Positions 49,810 through 63,831 of a stretch of 64,000 bases of DNA are shown piece by piece (positions within the stretch are counted from its first letter, which is position 1; the number at the start of each line of letters is the position of its first letter). The notes beneath the pieces are model-generated. The model saw nothing but the letters and a program-made list of their open reading frames with translations, was not told the origin of the DNA and ran no database searches. The translations under genes were made by a program, and so were the position numbers. The stretch spans positions 54,436,001-54,500,000 of the forward strand of contig JAGIQG010000004.1 in the NCBI GenBank assembly GCA_024679065.1. The letters are read 5' to 3'. This stretch comes from Sphyrna mokarran. Its lineage: Eukaryota.

Positions 49810-52090
49810 TTAGTCACAGAGGTTCATAGCATGGGAATAGACCCTTTGGGTCAACTTGTCGATGACATGCAGTTTTTACCACTAAGCTAGTCCTAAGTGT
49901 CCACATTTGGCCAATATCTCTTTTACCTATCTTACTCATGTAAATGTCTAAATACTTTTTAAAACACCAAAGTGTATCTGGCTCTACTATTACCTCAAAT
50001 AGCTTATCCAGATACTCACCACCCTCTGAGTGAAAATATTTCCCGTCTGGACCCTTTCGTATCTCTCCCCTCTTACCTTAATCCTGTGCCCTTGAGATTT
50101 AGTCTCCCCTATGTTTTGGAAAATATGTTGACTATGTATGCCCCTCATTATTTTATAGACGTCTATAAGATAACCCCTGAGCTCCCTGCGCTCTAGGGTA
50201 AAAAGTCCAAGTCTATCCAACCTCTCCTTATAACTCAAATCATCAAGTTACAGTGGAATCCTATAAATCTTTTCTGCACTCTTTCTAGTTTAATAATATC
50301 ATTTCTATAATAGGGTGATCAGAACTATACACAGTATTCCAAGTGTGACCCTTACTAATGGCTGTTCAACTTCAATGAGATGCTCCAACTCCTGTATTTA
50401 ATGTTCTGACCAATGAAAACAAGTACGCCAAATGCCAACATCAACACGCTGTCCACCTGTGACTCCACTTTCTAGGAGCTATATATTTGTATTCCTAGAT
50501 TTCTTTATTCCATAACTCTCCTCAGTGCCCTATAATTAACTGAGAAAGTCATGTCCTGGCTTGATCTGCTGAAATGCATCAGCTCACATTTATCTAAATT
50601 AAGCTCTATCCTGCCATATTTCGGCCCACTAGTGTAACTGATCAAGGTCCTGTTGCAATCCTAGATAATCTTCTTCACTGTGCCATTATGCCACCAATCC
50701 TAGTTCATCTGCAAACTTAATATCCATGCCTCTTAAATTCTCATTCAAATCATTAATATAAATGATAAATTACAGTGGACCCAGCACTGATCACTGAGGC
50801 ACACCACTGGTCACAGGCCTCCAATTTGTAAAACAATTCTCTGCAGCTACGGTCTGTTTTCTGTCATCAAGCTAATTTTGTGTCCAATTGGCTACATTAC
50901 TCAGGATCACATGAGATTTAACCTTATGCAACAACCAACCATGCAGTACCTTCTCAAAGTCCACGTAGGCAATATGAACTGCACTGTCCTCATCTACTTT
51001 CTTGGTTATCCCTTCACAACACTCAATCAAATTCACAAAACATGATTTTCACTCACAAAGCCGTGCTTGCTGTCCCTAATCAGTCCTTGCCTCTCGAAAT
51101 ACCTGTAGACCCTATCCCTCAGAATATCTTTTATCAACTTACCCATTACAGTTGTTCGGCTCATCTGTCTATGGCTCACAAGTTTTTCCCTACAGCTCTT
51201 CTTAAACAAAGGCACAACATTTGCCACCTCCAATCTTCAGACACCTCACCCATGGCTGTTGATGATTCAAATATCAATGCTAGGTAACTGCAACTTCTTC
51301 TCTAGCCTCCTCCCTGGGATACATTTTCATTGGGTTACAGGGATTTATCTACCTTGAGGTGCTTTAAGTCTTCGAACACCTCCTTCTCTGAAATATGTAT
51401 ACTCCTCAAGCCATCACTATTTATTTCCCCAAGTTTCTTAAAATCCATGCCTTTCTCAACAGTAAATACCAATGAGAAATGTTAATTTGAGATCTTACCC
51501 ATCTCTTGTGGATCTGCACAAAGATGACCTCTTTGATCCGCAAGAAGTCCTGCTCTCTCCTTAGTTAGTCTTTTGCCGTTTGTGTATTTATTTGTAGAAG
51601 CTCTTTGGATTCTTCTTTGCATTTTTTGCCCTCCTAATTTCTCTCTTAATTCTACCCCTACACCCTCTATACTCTTCAAGAGATCCACTTGGTCCCAGCT
51701 GCCTATGAATGTCATGTGTCCCCTTCTTTTCGTTGACCAGGGTTTCCATATCCCAAGTCACCCAGAGTTCCCTACTTCTACCCTTCACTCTAAAAGAACG
51801 TAATTACCTTGAACCCTGCAAAACACAGTTTTGAAAGCCTTTCACTTACCAGCTATCCCTCTGCCTGCCAACAGATTCCCCCAATCAACTTTCTATCTAA
51901 TCTTATCTAATGTGATGGAAATCGACCTTGCTTCAATATAGAATTTTAACTTATGGGCCAGACCTATTATTCTCTTAGTTATCTTAAAACTAATATAATT
52001 AGTACCAAAGTGATTTCTCATTAACATTTCTGTCACCAGCCTTTCCTTATTTCCCAAGAGGAGGTCACATTTTGCCCCCTCTCTAGTTTT
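49810..52090 (-). mobile_element. Old CR1 ORF2 fragment
   Basis: ANVVPLFKK, KHGFV, ERLDRLGLFTLERR. Confidence 0.85.
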
Positions 52091-52167
52091 CCTTCCTTCT
52101 ATTATGTATTTGACTGGTTGCGTTATTCTTTTTGGTTAGAACTTTTAGTACCCATTTCTAATTTAAA

Positions 52168-53935
52168 GAACGAAGAACTAAGAACAAAACAGCACGGGAA
52201 ACAGGCCCTTCTGCCCAACGAGCCTGCGCCGCCACCCCGATGTTCCCTCCTCTACCCGCGATCCCTGTCCATGTTTATAGATCTATGGATTAATAACCAA
52301 ATTTGAGACAATTTAGGGAGAATTTGTTTTGCCAATTAGCCTAAGAGCACATCTTTGGGATGTGGGAGGAAACCGGAGCACCCGGAGAAAACCCACGCAA
52401 GCACGGGGAGAATGCACAAACTCCCACAGGCACAGGCCCAAATCCATGTATCTGCACAGCACAGCGATAGTCACTGAGCTGTCGTGTTGCCCATCAAATG
52501 GTCCAGGTCAAGCGTACACTAACGACGTGAAGCACTAGGATACTCTCGAAAAAAATCTAAGAGCAGCCCTCTCACGACCCATCGCGTGTATGCCCCTTGT
52601 TAGACAACAAGGTGGACCAAAGCACCTGTAGGATAAAAACAAGTACATCAATATCATCATCTATTTACACACTTCCCAGGGGTTCCCAAGGCTCATGGTT
52701 CCTATTTTAAATCAGTTTTCTATACCCCTCCATTCCCATTCTGTTCATGTGCCCATCTAAGTATTTCTTAAATAACTCCAGAGTACCTGCCTCCGCCACT
52801 TTACTTGGCAGCGCATTCCATGCCACCACTATTCTCTGTGTGAAAAAACTCCCTCTAGCATCCAAATTATACCTTACCCCCCTCATCCTAAGCCCGTTTC
52901 CCCTCGTGCTATTAGAGTCCACTCTAGGAAAAAGCTTAATCCTGTTTACTCTATCTATACCCCTCATAATCTTGTAATCCTCTATTAGATCTCCTCTAAG
53001 TCTACGTCTTTCTAAGGAAAACAGTCCCAATTTGCCTAACCTCTCCTCGTAACTCAGACCTTCCATACCAGGCAGCATCCTGGTAAACCTCCTCTGCACT
53101 CTCTCCAGAGTCTCCACGTCCTTCCGATAGTAGGGCGACCAGAACTGGACACAGTATTCCAAATGAGGTCTAACAAACATTTTATACAACTGCAACATTA
53201 AAGGCCAGCTCTTGTATTCTATACCCCTTCCTATAAAGGCTAACATAGTATATGCTTTCTTCACAACCTTCTCCACTTGCTCTGCCACCTTCAGAGACTT
53301 GTTCACCTGCACCCCCAGGTCCCTCTGCGTTTCTGTACTCTTAATAGGTCTACCCTTTATCATATACCTCCCCACTACGTTATTTCTCTCGAAATGCATC
53401 ACCTCACATTTATCAGGATTGAATTCCATCTGCCATCTGTCTGCCCAAGCTACCAGCCTATCTATGTTCTGCTGCACCGCCTGACAATGTGCCTCACTAT
53501 CCGCAAGTCCAGCCATCTTTGAATCATCTGCAAACTTGCTGATCACTCCACTTACTCCCTCTTCCAAGTCAATTATATATATTACAAATAGAAGAGGTCC
53601 CAGTACCGCGCTCTGCGTCACACCACTAGTGACTGACCTCCAGCTAGAAAAACACCCTTCCACTATTACTCTCTGTCTCTTACTACCAAGCCAGTTACTT
53701 ATCCATCTAGCTCCCTGTCCTTGTATCCCATTAGCCTTGACCTTCTCAACTAACCTCCCTTGAGGGGCTTTATCAAACGCCTTACTCAAATCCATATAGA
53801 CGACATCAACGGCTCGCCCTTCGTTCACTGTTTTCGTCACCTCCTCAAAAAATTCTACTAAATTTGTAAGGCACGACCTCCCCTTAACAAATCCATGCTG
53901 CGTATCCTTAATCAGATCGCAACGCTCTAAGCAAT
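52168..53935 (-). mobile_element. 5'-truncated CR1 LINE, same family as 30510..34408, RT frame open
   Basis: QHGFVKGRSCLTNL, YMDLSKAFD, KFADD, RPHLEYC; 3' UTR near-identical to 33870-34408. Confidence 0.95.
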
Positions 53936-54025
53936 ATGCATGCTTCAAACGCATATATATAAATACAAGGTCTGCTGATGTTGTGATGATGTCACTGCAC
54001 GATCTCGTGATCTTGGCTAATAGGG

Positions 54026-54333
54026 GTGGCATGGTGGCACACTAGTTTGCGCTGCTGTCCCACAGCGCCAAGGACCTGGGTTCAATTCCAACCTTGGATC
54101 ACTGTCGGTGTGGAGTTTGCACATTTCCCTGTGTCTGCGTAGCTTTCCTCCGAGTGCTCCAGTTTCTTCTCCACTCCAAAGATGTGCGGGTTAAGTTAAT
54201 TAGCCATGATAAATTGTCCTTTAGTTCAGGGGACTAGCAGAGTAAAGATGTAGGGTTATGGAGATAGGTAGGATTGCGTCGGTGCAGGCTCAAAGGGCCA
54301 AATAGCCACCTTTTGCACTGTACGGATTCTATG
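54026..54333 (+). mobile_element. Full-length tRNA-derived V-SINE (HE1-like)
   Basis: tRNA-like head with B box (gggttcaattcc), V core gtggagtttgcacatt...ctccgagtgctccagtttc, CR1-like tail ggattctatga. Confidence 0.85.
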
Positions 54334-54844
54334 ACAAAGTATTCTAATTGAGGGGTTAACTTATTGTTTCTTTTGGCAGATAGTGATTTGCCCATTGAGC
54401 ATTTCCAATATATTCTCTTTTACATTACGTACTATTGCACTGAGTCTACAGCACAGATACAGACTATTCGGCCCAATTGATATACGCTGGCATTTATGCA
54501 TCTCTCCCTCTGTTCATTTATCCCGATCAACATATTTCCGTCTGCCTCATTTGCTTCTCTCTTAAATGTGTCTACAGCATTCCTCTGAATGATCCCTATA
54601 TCTAGTGTATTCCATATTCTTACCGCTTACTATGTCTAGAAGCTTCTCGCGAATTCTCGATTGGATATATTTACATCTGTTGTATGTTTCTATCCTCAAG
54701 TTTCGTGTTCCCTCACAAGTGGACCCATTTTCTCTACATCAAATCTATTAACACTGTTCATATTTGCAATGACCTCCATCGGGTCTCCCTTCAGCTTCCA
54801 TTTCTTCACTCATTTACAATGCTTCGAGTATTGGCCATTATTCA

Positions 54845-55110
54845 CTTAGTAATACTCACTCCTCCCTGAGAAAGTTGTGTTTTCAAGCCATACTCCGGGA
54901 CATGGCCACCAAGAATCTAGATGGACATTCCAGTGCAGTGCTGAGCGAATGCTGCATTGTCGGAGGTGCTGAGTCCACAATGCGACGTTAAACCTAGACC
55001 CCACCTGCCTTCGTGGGTGACGACTAGTTTGATGAAAAGCAGAAGAGTTATCCCCAGTGCTCTGATTAACTTCATCACTCAATCAACATCTCAAAAAATA
55101 AGATTTTGGG
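54845..55110 (+). mobile_element. Deu-domain SINE (SacSINE1-like)
   Basis: ccagtgcagtgctgagcgaatgctgcattgtcggaggtgc...gacgttaaacc, matching the Deu core as I recall it. Confidence 0.65.
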
Positions 55111-55603
55111 GCGTTTGTTGTGCACACGTTTCCTCATCATGGCAATGGCCACACTTCACAAGTTGTCTGTAAATAGGTACGGCAAATTCGGTTTAAAAAT
55201 TACGAATTTTTTCCCAGTTATTGAGACCGTTGGTACTTGTTAATAACTGAAAAAAAATTCTAGCAGCTGTTTCTAGAGCAATCTTACATATCTTAACAAA
55301 ACACTTCCCCAAGAGCAGGGAGCATCCTTCAAATATCTTCGCAACACTGCCATCCCAGATTGACCTGAGGAGGTCGCTGTTTCCCGCAAATTGTTGCTGG
55401 GTTGGAGTAATAATTGTCGGAATTGTGCACCGAATATTGCTCCGGAATATCTCATTATTCTCAATGTGTAAATTGTGGTCCAAATGTTCACCTTCAAATA
55501 ACATTTATTTTAATATCCTATCTGTTAATGTGAATTTGTACGCTTATTGTAAAAATTTGAATTGAAAAGCTATGTGCGCGCTTGTGATAAACATGTGTCT
55601 TGC

Positions 55604-55716
55604 CTTTGGCACTGTCACAGCTTGAAATACTGCCCAAGGATGACTATCAGCACAATTATTACCAATAGACTCACTCAATATCGAGCGCTATTAAAGGACA
55701 ACGACATTGGGAACGC
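55604..55716 (-). pseudogene. Paralog C decayed TM exon
   Basis: Acceptor ttcttggtttgcAG; VSLLVIIVLIVILGQYFKL*QC; donor-like AG|GCAAGA. 113 nt with stops, in the correct order downstream of the V and C1 remnants. Confidence 0.6.
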
Positions 55717-56039
55717 CTGCAAACCAAGAACAGTAGAGATATAACGCCGTTAATATCATTACATACGGCGAGAATACCAGGAATACACTGGATCAGAACT
55801 TATCAGTGTAGTGACCATTTAATACAAATACTGATTTAAAAAGTATCAAATTACTGTGTTCTATGTTCTATGTTCTACTGCCTACTGAAACAGTTCACAT
55901 TCGGACTAATACTTCGTCAATGTAATAAAAGATTACAACAACTTCAATTGCTAATAAGCTTCTAAAAGAAGTTACTGGATTATGAAATAGGACAAATGAA
56001 CAAGCGTTTCCGAAAAAGAAGCGAACGATGTAATTTACA

Positions 56040-56245
56040 AATTCGGATCTGAACAGAAAGAGGAGTCATTTCTGCGGGTTAATGCCGTAGCTTTTTAAGG
56101 TACTTCATATATTCTGACCGTCCTTCACTATTTAGTAGTAATGACACCAGGTCCAATTTTCATGCTATTTTTCCAGGAAAGTCGCTGAGGAGAATTTACA
56201 CTCCATCGAGTCAATCCTCGGATGAATGGGGTGAATTTGGGAGGG
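56040..56245 (-). pseudogene. Paralog C decayed C1 exon
   Basis: SWKNSMKIGPGVITTK**RTVRIYEV resembles gene A SWRRDGVEILAGIETVRNETVDGLFEV. Shared aagtcgctga block and similar acceptor flank; the C..FYP segment is deleted. Confidence 0.6.
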
Positions 56246-57074
56246 AAGGAAAATGATTTTGTTTTTTAAATGTTGATTACTATTTTATTTCAATAGCCTA
56301 TAATTTAGCACACATGTTTAGGGCAGAGCGTATTACACTGCGCTTCATTGGAGCTTTTTAAATTTCTTCGTTTTCAAACATTATTTATCATAGAGTTAGA
56401 AATTAAATGGACCCTGAACAGAGAAAGAGAAGTGACAGACATAAATATGGGTAGTAGAATCACTAGGCTATAGAGCATAGAGAGAAGTCATTTGGCGCAT
56501 GTTGCCTGTGTTGGTTCTTTGAAAGAATTATATAATTGGCTTCACCATTGGTCTTTCTCCAAAGCTCTGAATCTAAATTTTTAAGTGTGTATCCTAATCC
56601 CAATAATAAAATTATTATTGCTTCATCCAGAGAGGGAATTCCAGATCGTAGCATTTTAGCTCGGAAAACATTTTTTTTCCCTTCCGATCTTGCTCTTTTG
56701 ACCATTTTCTTGTATTTGGTCCTTTGATTACTGAATCATAGTTTATCCTGTCAGAGAATCTGACGACCATACAGCGAAGGAACCCATTTGCTCAGTGTGC
56801 TAGGTTGATTCGACAAATGTAATCCAGTTTGTCTAGTGGACTGATTTATTCATTTACCTTTAAAAAATACGAATAATCTTTTACAATAACAAGTTGTAAA
56901 GTTAAGTAGATGTTTGTAAATCGGGAATCTTACTCCAAGGCTGGCTGGATACTGATACTAGATGCAAAACCCAATGCAGTTGTCTCATTCCTACACTCTT
57001 CACTAACTCGTTGATATTTTACTAAGTGTCTTTTGTGTAGTTGACCCCTGAAACATCCAGAACTTGCAACTCAA

Positions 57075-57356
57075 GGGGCACAAGGATCATTGAGCCGGTT
57101 CCATTCCCAATTCTTCCCAACAGAATCACTTATAGTCAGGTTCTTTGAAAATCACAGTGGAGAAATAGAGGGGATCTCCACACTTGTTTGCAAGATTTGT
57201 CTTTCGCTTCTTAGTCGTTCAAGAATTCTTCGTTATCCTGCTGGTTCTTTCATTGATTCCTCTTGAAAGTGCAGGAAGATGCAGGCGATGTTTGTTCGCT
57301 TGAGTGCAACTTTAAGTGGAGAGGATTTGGTTAATTGTGAAATCTCCCAACACCAT
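57075..57356 (-). pseudogene. Paralog C decayed V exon
   Basis: Frameshifted fragments DFTINQ, TNIACIFLHFQEE, QDNEEFL and GRIGNGTGSMILV align with the gene A V domain. Confidence 0.65.
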
Positions 57357-60024
57357 CAGAAAGCCAACATCAATAGACATCTGTGGCAGTGCAATCCTCA
57401 GAATCAGAATACATTTGAAGCATTCCGGACAATTCAAGTTGACTGAATGCAAGCAACAAATGGCATCCAATAGTTCGGACTTTGTGGGTTCAGACGAGAA
57501 TAGGTCAGAGATCAGTGACATAATGTGTAGAGTGGGGAGTTTTGCTGATGATTGCACTACGTACAAAATCATTAACAACTCCTCAGGCACTGAAGCAATA
57601 CTTGTCTGTATGAGACAAGAACAGTAAAACCTTTGGGCTTTGCTTCATAAGAGGAAAGTGACATGTGCGCCAGATCTCGTGCAAGGCAATAATCATTTCT
57701 AAACCGAAATAATCAACCCATCATTCCTGAATTTCAAGAGGTATACCATGGCATAATATCCCCCTCCCCCGCCACAATCACTAAAGTAACCCCAACTCTA
57801 ACTATTGTGGATTACTATTGACAAGAATTCTAATTGACTCACTCTTGCAAATACTGTGGTTACATGAACAGAAGAGAGGCTGGGAATTCTGTGGCAAATA
57901 GCTCAATACCTGACACCCCAAATCCTCTGTATTATCTACTATACACAACTTAATTGTATGGTGGAGCTTGGCTGGATGAATGTGTTTCCAGAGGCTGGAA
58001 GCTATCTGGACAAAGTTATCCGTTTGATTGGCACCTCATCCACCACTTCGCACATTCGTTTCCTCTACCATTTGTCCCAAGAGCAAAAACATCTACACAA
58101 TGCAAAGGGGCAACTCACCAAGTCTGCACGGACGTCACGATCAATTTCAAACTTTATATCTTGACCACCTGGAGAGCAAGAGCAGCAGATGCATGGGAAT
58201 TCCAGACCTGTACTTCCCTTCCTGAGTGATACAACATCTTGACTTGAGACCATATCACCATTTTGTCTCTGTCTCCGTGCTAAACTCCTGGAACATCCTC
58301 CCACCACCATCACCCCGGAACAGCTTTCAGGTGTTCCTTCATCATATGGACTGCAATGATTTAAGAAACAGCTCATTATCATCTTCTCAGGTGAAATTAG
58401 GGATGAATAGTTAATGCCTGTTTTGTCATATCCCTTGAACTAATAAAAGATGTAATGCAACCTGAACATTTCCTGTTTTACTTTCAGATTTTCGGTATCC
58501 ACATCATATTATAACTCCAAAGTGTTCCCTGATTGGTTGTCCCTTGTGGAGGAATTGTTATTGGAATGGAAAACAGTAACTTTGAAGGGCAATAGTGCTA
58601 AAAGGGCAAATTGGTTGGAAGGGGCTTATTAAATGGGCAATATGTTTGGAACATCATTTGTGGTCAAAAATGAAAATGCCCTTTCTTAAAAAACTATCTG
58701 GACTGCAGCTTGTAAAATAACAATCACTCCAGGTGAATCAGCTATACCTTCTTCTCTGAATGCACAGCTTGCAGGCTTTGCATTTACAATGGCAGCTTTG
58801 GAATGAACGCTTGGCTTCCAGACTTAGTTAAAGTCAGAAAAATTTATTCCATTGTTAAGAACCAGTTGATAGAAATTGCTAGGATATTCGAAATCCCAGA
58901 AGGCAAACTTGGGATGTTGGGTGTTTTTTGCAATTTACTCTAATGTGCGGAAAGGTGTGAAAATCAGAGTAGAATATGTCAGTCTTATTGTAAGAATCAA
59001 AATAAATGTTTATTAACAATAATATACACAACAAAAAGACAACTAAAGCACCAAACACTTAGCTACATTAATAGCCAATCACAATGCATTTTAACTGAAC
59101 CAAGTTCAAATTTCTCTATTTTCCTAACTTTATGGCTAAACCACTCTAAGTAACACCCCATAACTTTTAAACTATGAGCAAAATCTAGCAATAGTTACCA
59201 TTTCCAGCACATATATCCCTTATGGGGTTACTTGTGAATTAGAATAGAGACAAACTGGCTGTTTGTCTCTATTCTCCTCATAAAGTTGTTTCTTCAGGCA
59301 TTTCTGTTATGGGGATGAACACAAATTTCTGCTGTGTGTGGCTATGATGTTCAACCAGTTTTCTGAATAGGATAATCTCTGTCACTGATGTATTAATTTT
59401 TCCTATTGATCCTTTCTTATTTGTATTACTTGTCTTCGAAGTCCCTCTCAAAGACATTTCTTAGATATGCTCACCCTTTTAAAAATAAAGTTGCCACTCA
59501 CGCTCATCTCTTTCGAACTTTTACCATTCTACACCCCATTGTTATCCACTTCCCATTGTTAAATATCTGTTGACATTATTACTTGGCAAATCTTCATATT
59601 CAAAACCTCAGTTACTTCAGCTCAGTCAACATGTCTTCCTAACCAATTGTCATTTAAATATAGTTTGCTCCCTTATAACCATGTTCCACCAGAACATATT
59701 TTGAATTATTAGATTCCTTAACTTTTATTTTATCACAACTCCTTGACACGTTGCTGACTACAAACTTATTTCTCCTGTGAACTAGCTATGGTATAAGTCG
59801 TTAAACAATCAGCAAGTGAACTACTAAGTCATTAAATTCTGCAGCCAATGCCTTGAATAATTTTCTTTGTCATCTTTTACCACTTGGTTGTTTTCATACA
59901 TGGATCAAAGTCAGATACAAATGTGAATTTTTAAAATATATTTTGATCCAACATTAATGTTTTTTAAAATCAGATTATTTCTTTTGGCTGTTGTGAAGGG
60001 GCATGCCTGATAACTAGAATAGAA

Positions 60025-61220
60025 ATATCAAAACATAGAAACTGGAAGAAGGAGTAGGCCATTTGGCCCTTAGAGCCTGTTCTGCCATTCATAATGGTCA
60101 TGACTAATCTTCAAATTCGATATACTTACCCTCTTTACCCTCATATCTCTTGATCCCTTTAGCCCCAAGAGCTATATGTAATTTCTTCTTGAAGTCAAAG
60201 TTTTGGCCTCAACTACTTTTCTCAAATCACATATTCACCACTCTCTGGATCAGAATTTTCTTCTCACCCCTGTTCTGAAAGGTTACCCTTTTCCTCAAAC
60301 AATGCCTCCCAGTTCTGGGCTCCCCCATTGTTGTGAACATTCTTTCTGAATCTATCCTGTCAAACTCTGTTAGAGTGTTATGAGTTTCTAGAAGATATCC
60401 TCTCACTCTTTTAAATTTCAATGATTGTAATCCTAACCAACTTAGTTTCTCTTGATACATTAGATCTGCCATCTCAGGTGTCAGCCTGATAAACCTTTGT
60501 TGTACTCTCTCTATAACAAGAGCATCTTTCTTAGATAGGGATACCAGAACTGCACACATTGCACCAGGTCTGGCCTCACCAAAGTCCTGCACAATTGCAG
60601 TTAAACATCCATATTCCAATCATCTCGCTATGAAGGCCAACATGCTATTGCCTTCTTTATGGCCTACTGTACCTGCACATACACTTTCAGTCACTGTTGT
60701 ATGAGACCATCAAGGTCTAGAGTATCCACTTCACTCAATTTACATCCATTTGATTATTAATCTGTCTTCCTATTATTGCTACCAATGTGGATAACCTTAA
60801 ATTTATTCACATTCTCCTGCATCTGTCATGCATATGCTCTTAAACTGAATAAGTCCAAATCACACGGAAACATCTCTGCATTCTCCTCATAGCTCACACT
60901 CCCACCCAACTTTGTGTCATCTGCAAATTTGGAGACAGTACATTTAGTACCCTCTTCCAAATCATTAATATATAACATGTATATTTGGGTCCTAGCAGAG
61001 ATCCCTGCAGTAGTCCACTAGTCAACATATGCCAAGCAGAAAAAGACATATTTATTCCAACTTCTTGCTTCTATCTGCTAGCCAGCTTTTGATCCATCAC
61101 AAGACATTTAACTGTACATAATAGTCTATTATGTGTGACCTTGTCGGAAGCCTTCCGAAAGTCTAAGTAAGCCACATCCACTGGTCCTCCTTAGTCAACT
61201 CTACTAGTTAAACCTTCAAA
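60025..61220 (-). mobile_element. Old CR1 3' fragment
   Basis: IERVQQRFIRL, decayed FADD (gtcatctgcaaa on the plus strand). Confidence 0.8.
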
Positions 61221-61540
61221 GTGTGGAAGTTAATGAGTTCAGATTAAAGTTTCACAATTGAAATTTAAATTGTATGAAATTTAAAATGTTCAAATTAAAG
61301 TTTTATGCTTTCTCTGTGCAGTAATCAAAAATGTTTATCAGCTTACTGATCTTCAAAGGGAGTCATTCTCTACTATTTTTTCATAGGCCCCATAACATTT
61401 TCCTTTTTTGGTCCTCATCAGAAGGTGAACAATACCAGATTTTTTCCATAACAAATACAAAGGCAAAATATGTGGATATGCTATGCCAATGAACAATTAA
61501 CAAAAGTCAATTTTTCATCAAATGAGAAAGGGTGAAAAGT

Positions 61541-63780
61541 CAGGCTTTTTACTTCTATGTTAGGAATAAAAGGGTGGTTGGAGAGAAAATCGGACCTCTT
61601 ATGCACAGAGGAGGGGAACTGTGCTTAGAACCCGAAGGAATGGGGAGATCCTGAATGAATACTTTGCGTCAATATTCATGAAGGAGAGGGGCTTGTTGAC
61701 CGGTCCTGTCTCTGAGGGAGCTGTAAACCATTCGAGGGAAATATCCATACCGAGGGAGGAAGTGTTAGAGCTTCTAGTTAGCATTAGAACTGATAAATCT
61801 CTGGGGCCTGATGGCATTTATCCCAGGCTACTTAAGGAGGCGCGAGGTGAAATTGGTCGGCTTCTGACCCAAATCTTTGTTTCTTCTTTGGATACAGGTG
61901 AGCACCCAGAGGACTGGAGAATAGTTAATGTTGTACTGTTGTTCAAAAAGGATAGTAGGGATAACCCTGGAAATTATAGGCCGTTAAGTTTGACGTCCAT
62001 GGTGGGGAAGCTGTTGGAGGGGATTCTTAGAATAGGACGCATAGGCATTGCAATCTGATTAAGGATACGCAGCGTGGCTTTGTTAAGGGGAGGTCGTGCC
62101 TTACGAATCTGGTAGAATTTTTTGAGGAGGTGATGAAAATGGTCGATGAAGGGTGAGACACTGATGTCGCCTATATGGATTTCAGTAAGGCGTTTGACAA
62201 AGTCCATCATGGGAGGTTAGTTGAAAAGGTCAAGGCTAATGGAATACAAAGACAGGTAGCTAGATGGATAAGTAACTGGCTTGGTAATAGGAAACAGAGA
62301 GTACTAGTGGAAGGGTGTTTTTCTAGCTGGAGTTCAGTCACTAGTGGTGTGCCACAGAGCTCAGTATTGGGACCTCTTCTATTTGTAATATATATAAATG
62401 ACTTGGAAGAGGGAATAAGTGGAGTGATCAGCAAGTTTGCAGACGATACAAAGATGGCTGGACTTGTGGATAGTGAGGAGCATTGTCAGGCAATACAGCA
62501 GGATATAGATAGGCTGGTAGCTTGGACACATAGATGGCAGATGCAATTCAATCCTGATAAATGTTAGGTGATGCATTTCGGGAGTAAGAATGTAGGGGGG
62601 AGGTATATGATAAAGGGTAGACCTATTAAGAGTATAGAAACGCAGAGGGACTGAGGGATGCAGGTGCACAAGTCTCTGAAGGTGGCAGAGCAGGTGAAGG
62701 TTGTGAAGAAAGCATATGGTATGCTAGCATTTTTAGGAAGGAGTACAAGAGCTGGCCTTTAATGTTGCAGGTGTTTAGAATGTTGGTTAGACCTCATTTG
62801 AAATACTGCATCCAGTTCTGGTCGCCCTACTACTGGAAGGACGTGGAGACTCTGGAGAGAGTGCAGAGGAGGTTTACCAGGATGCTGCCTGGTATGGAAG
62901 TTCTGAGTTATGAGGAGAGGTTAGGCAAGTTGGGGCTGTTTTCCTTAGAAAGACGTAGACTTAGAGGAGATCTAATAGAGGTGTACAAGATAATGAGGGG
63001 TATAGATAGAGTAAACAATGTTAAGCTTTTTCCTAGGTTGAATTGAAATATCATGAGGGGTCACGGGTTTAGGGTGAGGGGGTAAAATATAATTTGGATG
63101 CTAGAGGGAGTTTTTTCACACAGAGAGTGGTGGGGGTATGGAATGCACTGCCAAGTAAGGTGGTGGAGGCAGGCACTCTGGAGTTATTTAAGAGATACTT
63201 AGATAAGCACATGAACAGAATGGAAATGGAGGGGTATAGAAAACTGATATAAAATAGGGATCATGAGCCTTGGGAGTTTTCTGGGAAGTGTGTAAATTGT
63301 CAACGATATTCCTGTTTTATCCTACAGATACTTCAGTCTGCCTTGTTGTCTAACAAGGGGCATACACGCGATGGGTCATGAGAGGGCTACTCTTGGATTT
63401 TTGGAGAGCAGCCTAGTGCTTCATGTCATTAGTGTATGCTTGAACTGGACCAATTGATAGGCAACACGACAGCTCAGTGCCTATTGCTGTGCTGTGCAGA
63501 TACATGGATATGGGCCTGTGTCTGTGGGAGTTTGCAGATTCTCCCCGCGCTTGCATGAGTTTTCTCTGGTGCTCCTGTTTCCTCCCATACCCCAAAGATG
63601 TGCTCTTAGGCTGATTGGCAAAACAAATTCTCCCTAAATTGTTTTGCAAATTTTGTTGCAATGCATAGATCTATAAACATAGATAGGGATCATGGGTAGA
63701 AGTGAGAACATCGAAGTGGTGGCGTGCGCTCGTTGGGCCGAAGGGCCTGTTTCCCGTGCTGTTTTGTTCTTTGTTCTTTG
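61541..63780 (+). mobile_element. 5'-truncated CR1 LINE, third copy of the long-3'-UTR family
   Basis: RT motifs in ORFs 61621..62058, 62175..62567 and 62762..63046; same 3' UTR. Confidence 0.93.
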
Positions 63781-63831
63781 ATTTAATTGGCAAATATGTA
63801 TGTCAATGAAAAATGTGAAATATCTCTGGTC

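Noticed and set aside
54026-54100. tRNA gene
   Set aside because: It is the tRNA-derived head of a V-SINE, continuous with the V core and LINE-like tail.
55193-55504. 103-aa ORF downstream of the paralog C TM remnant
   Set aside because: No recognisable domain, splice context or similarity to family cytoplasmic exons.
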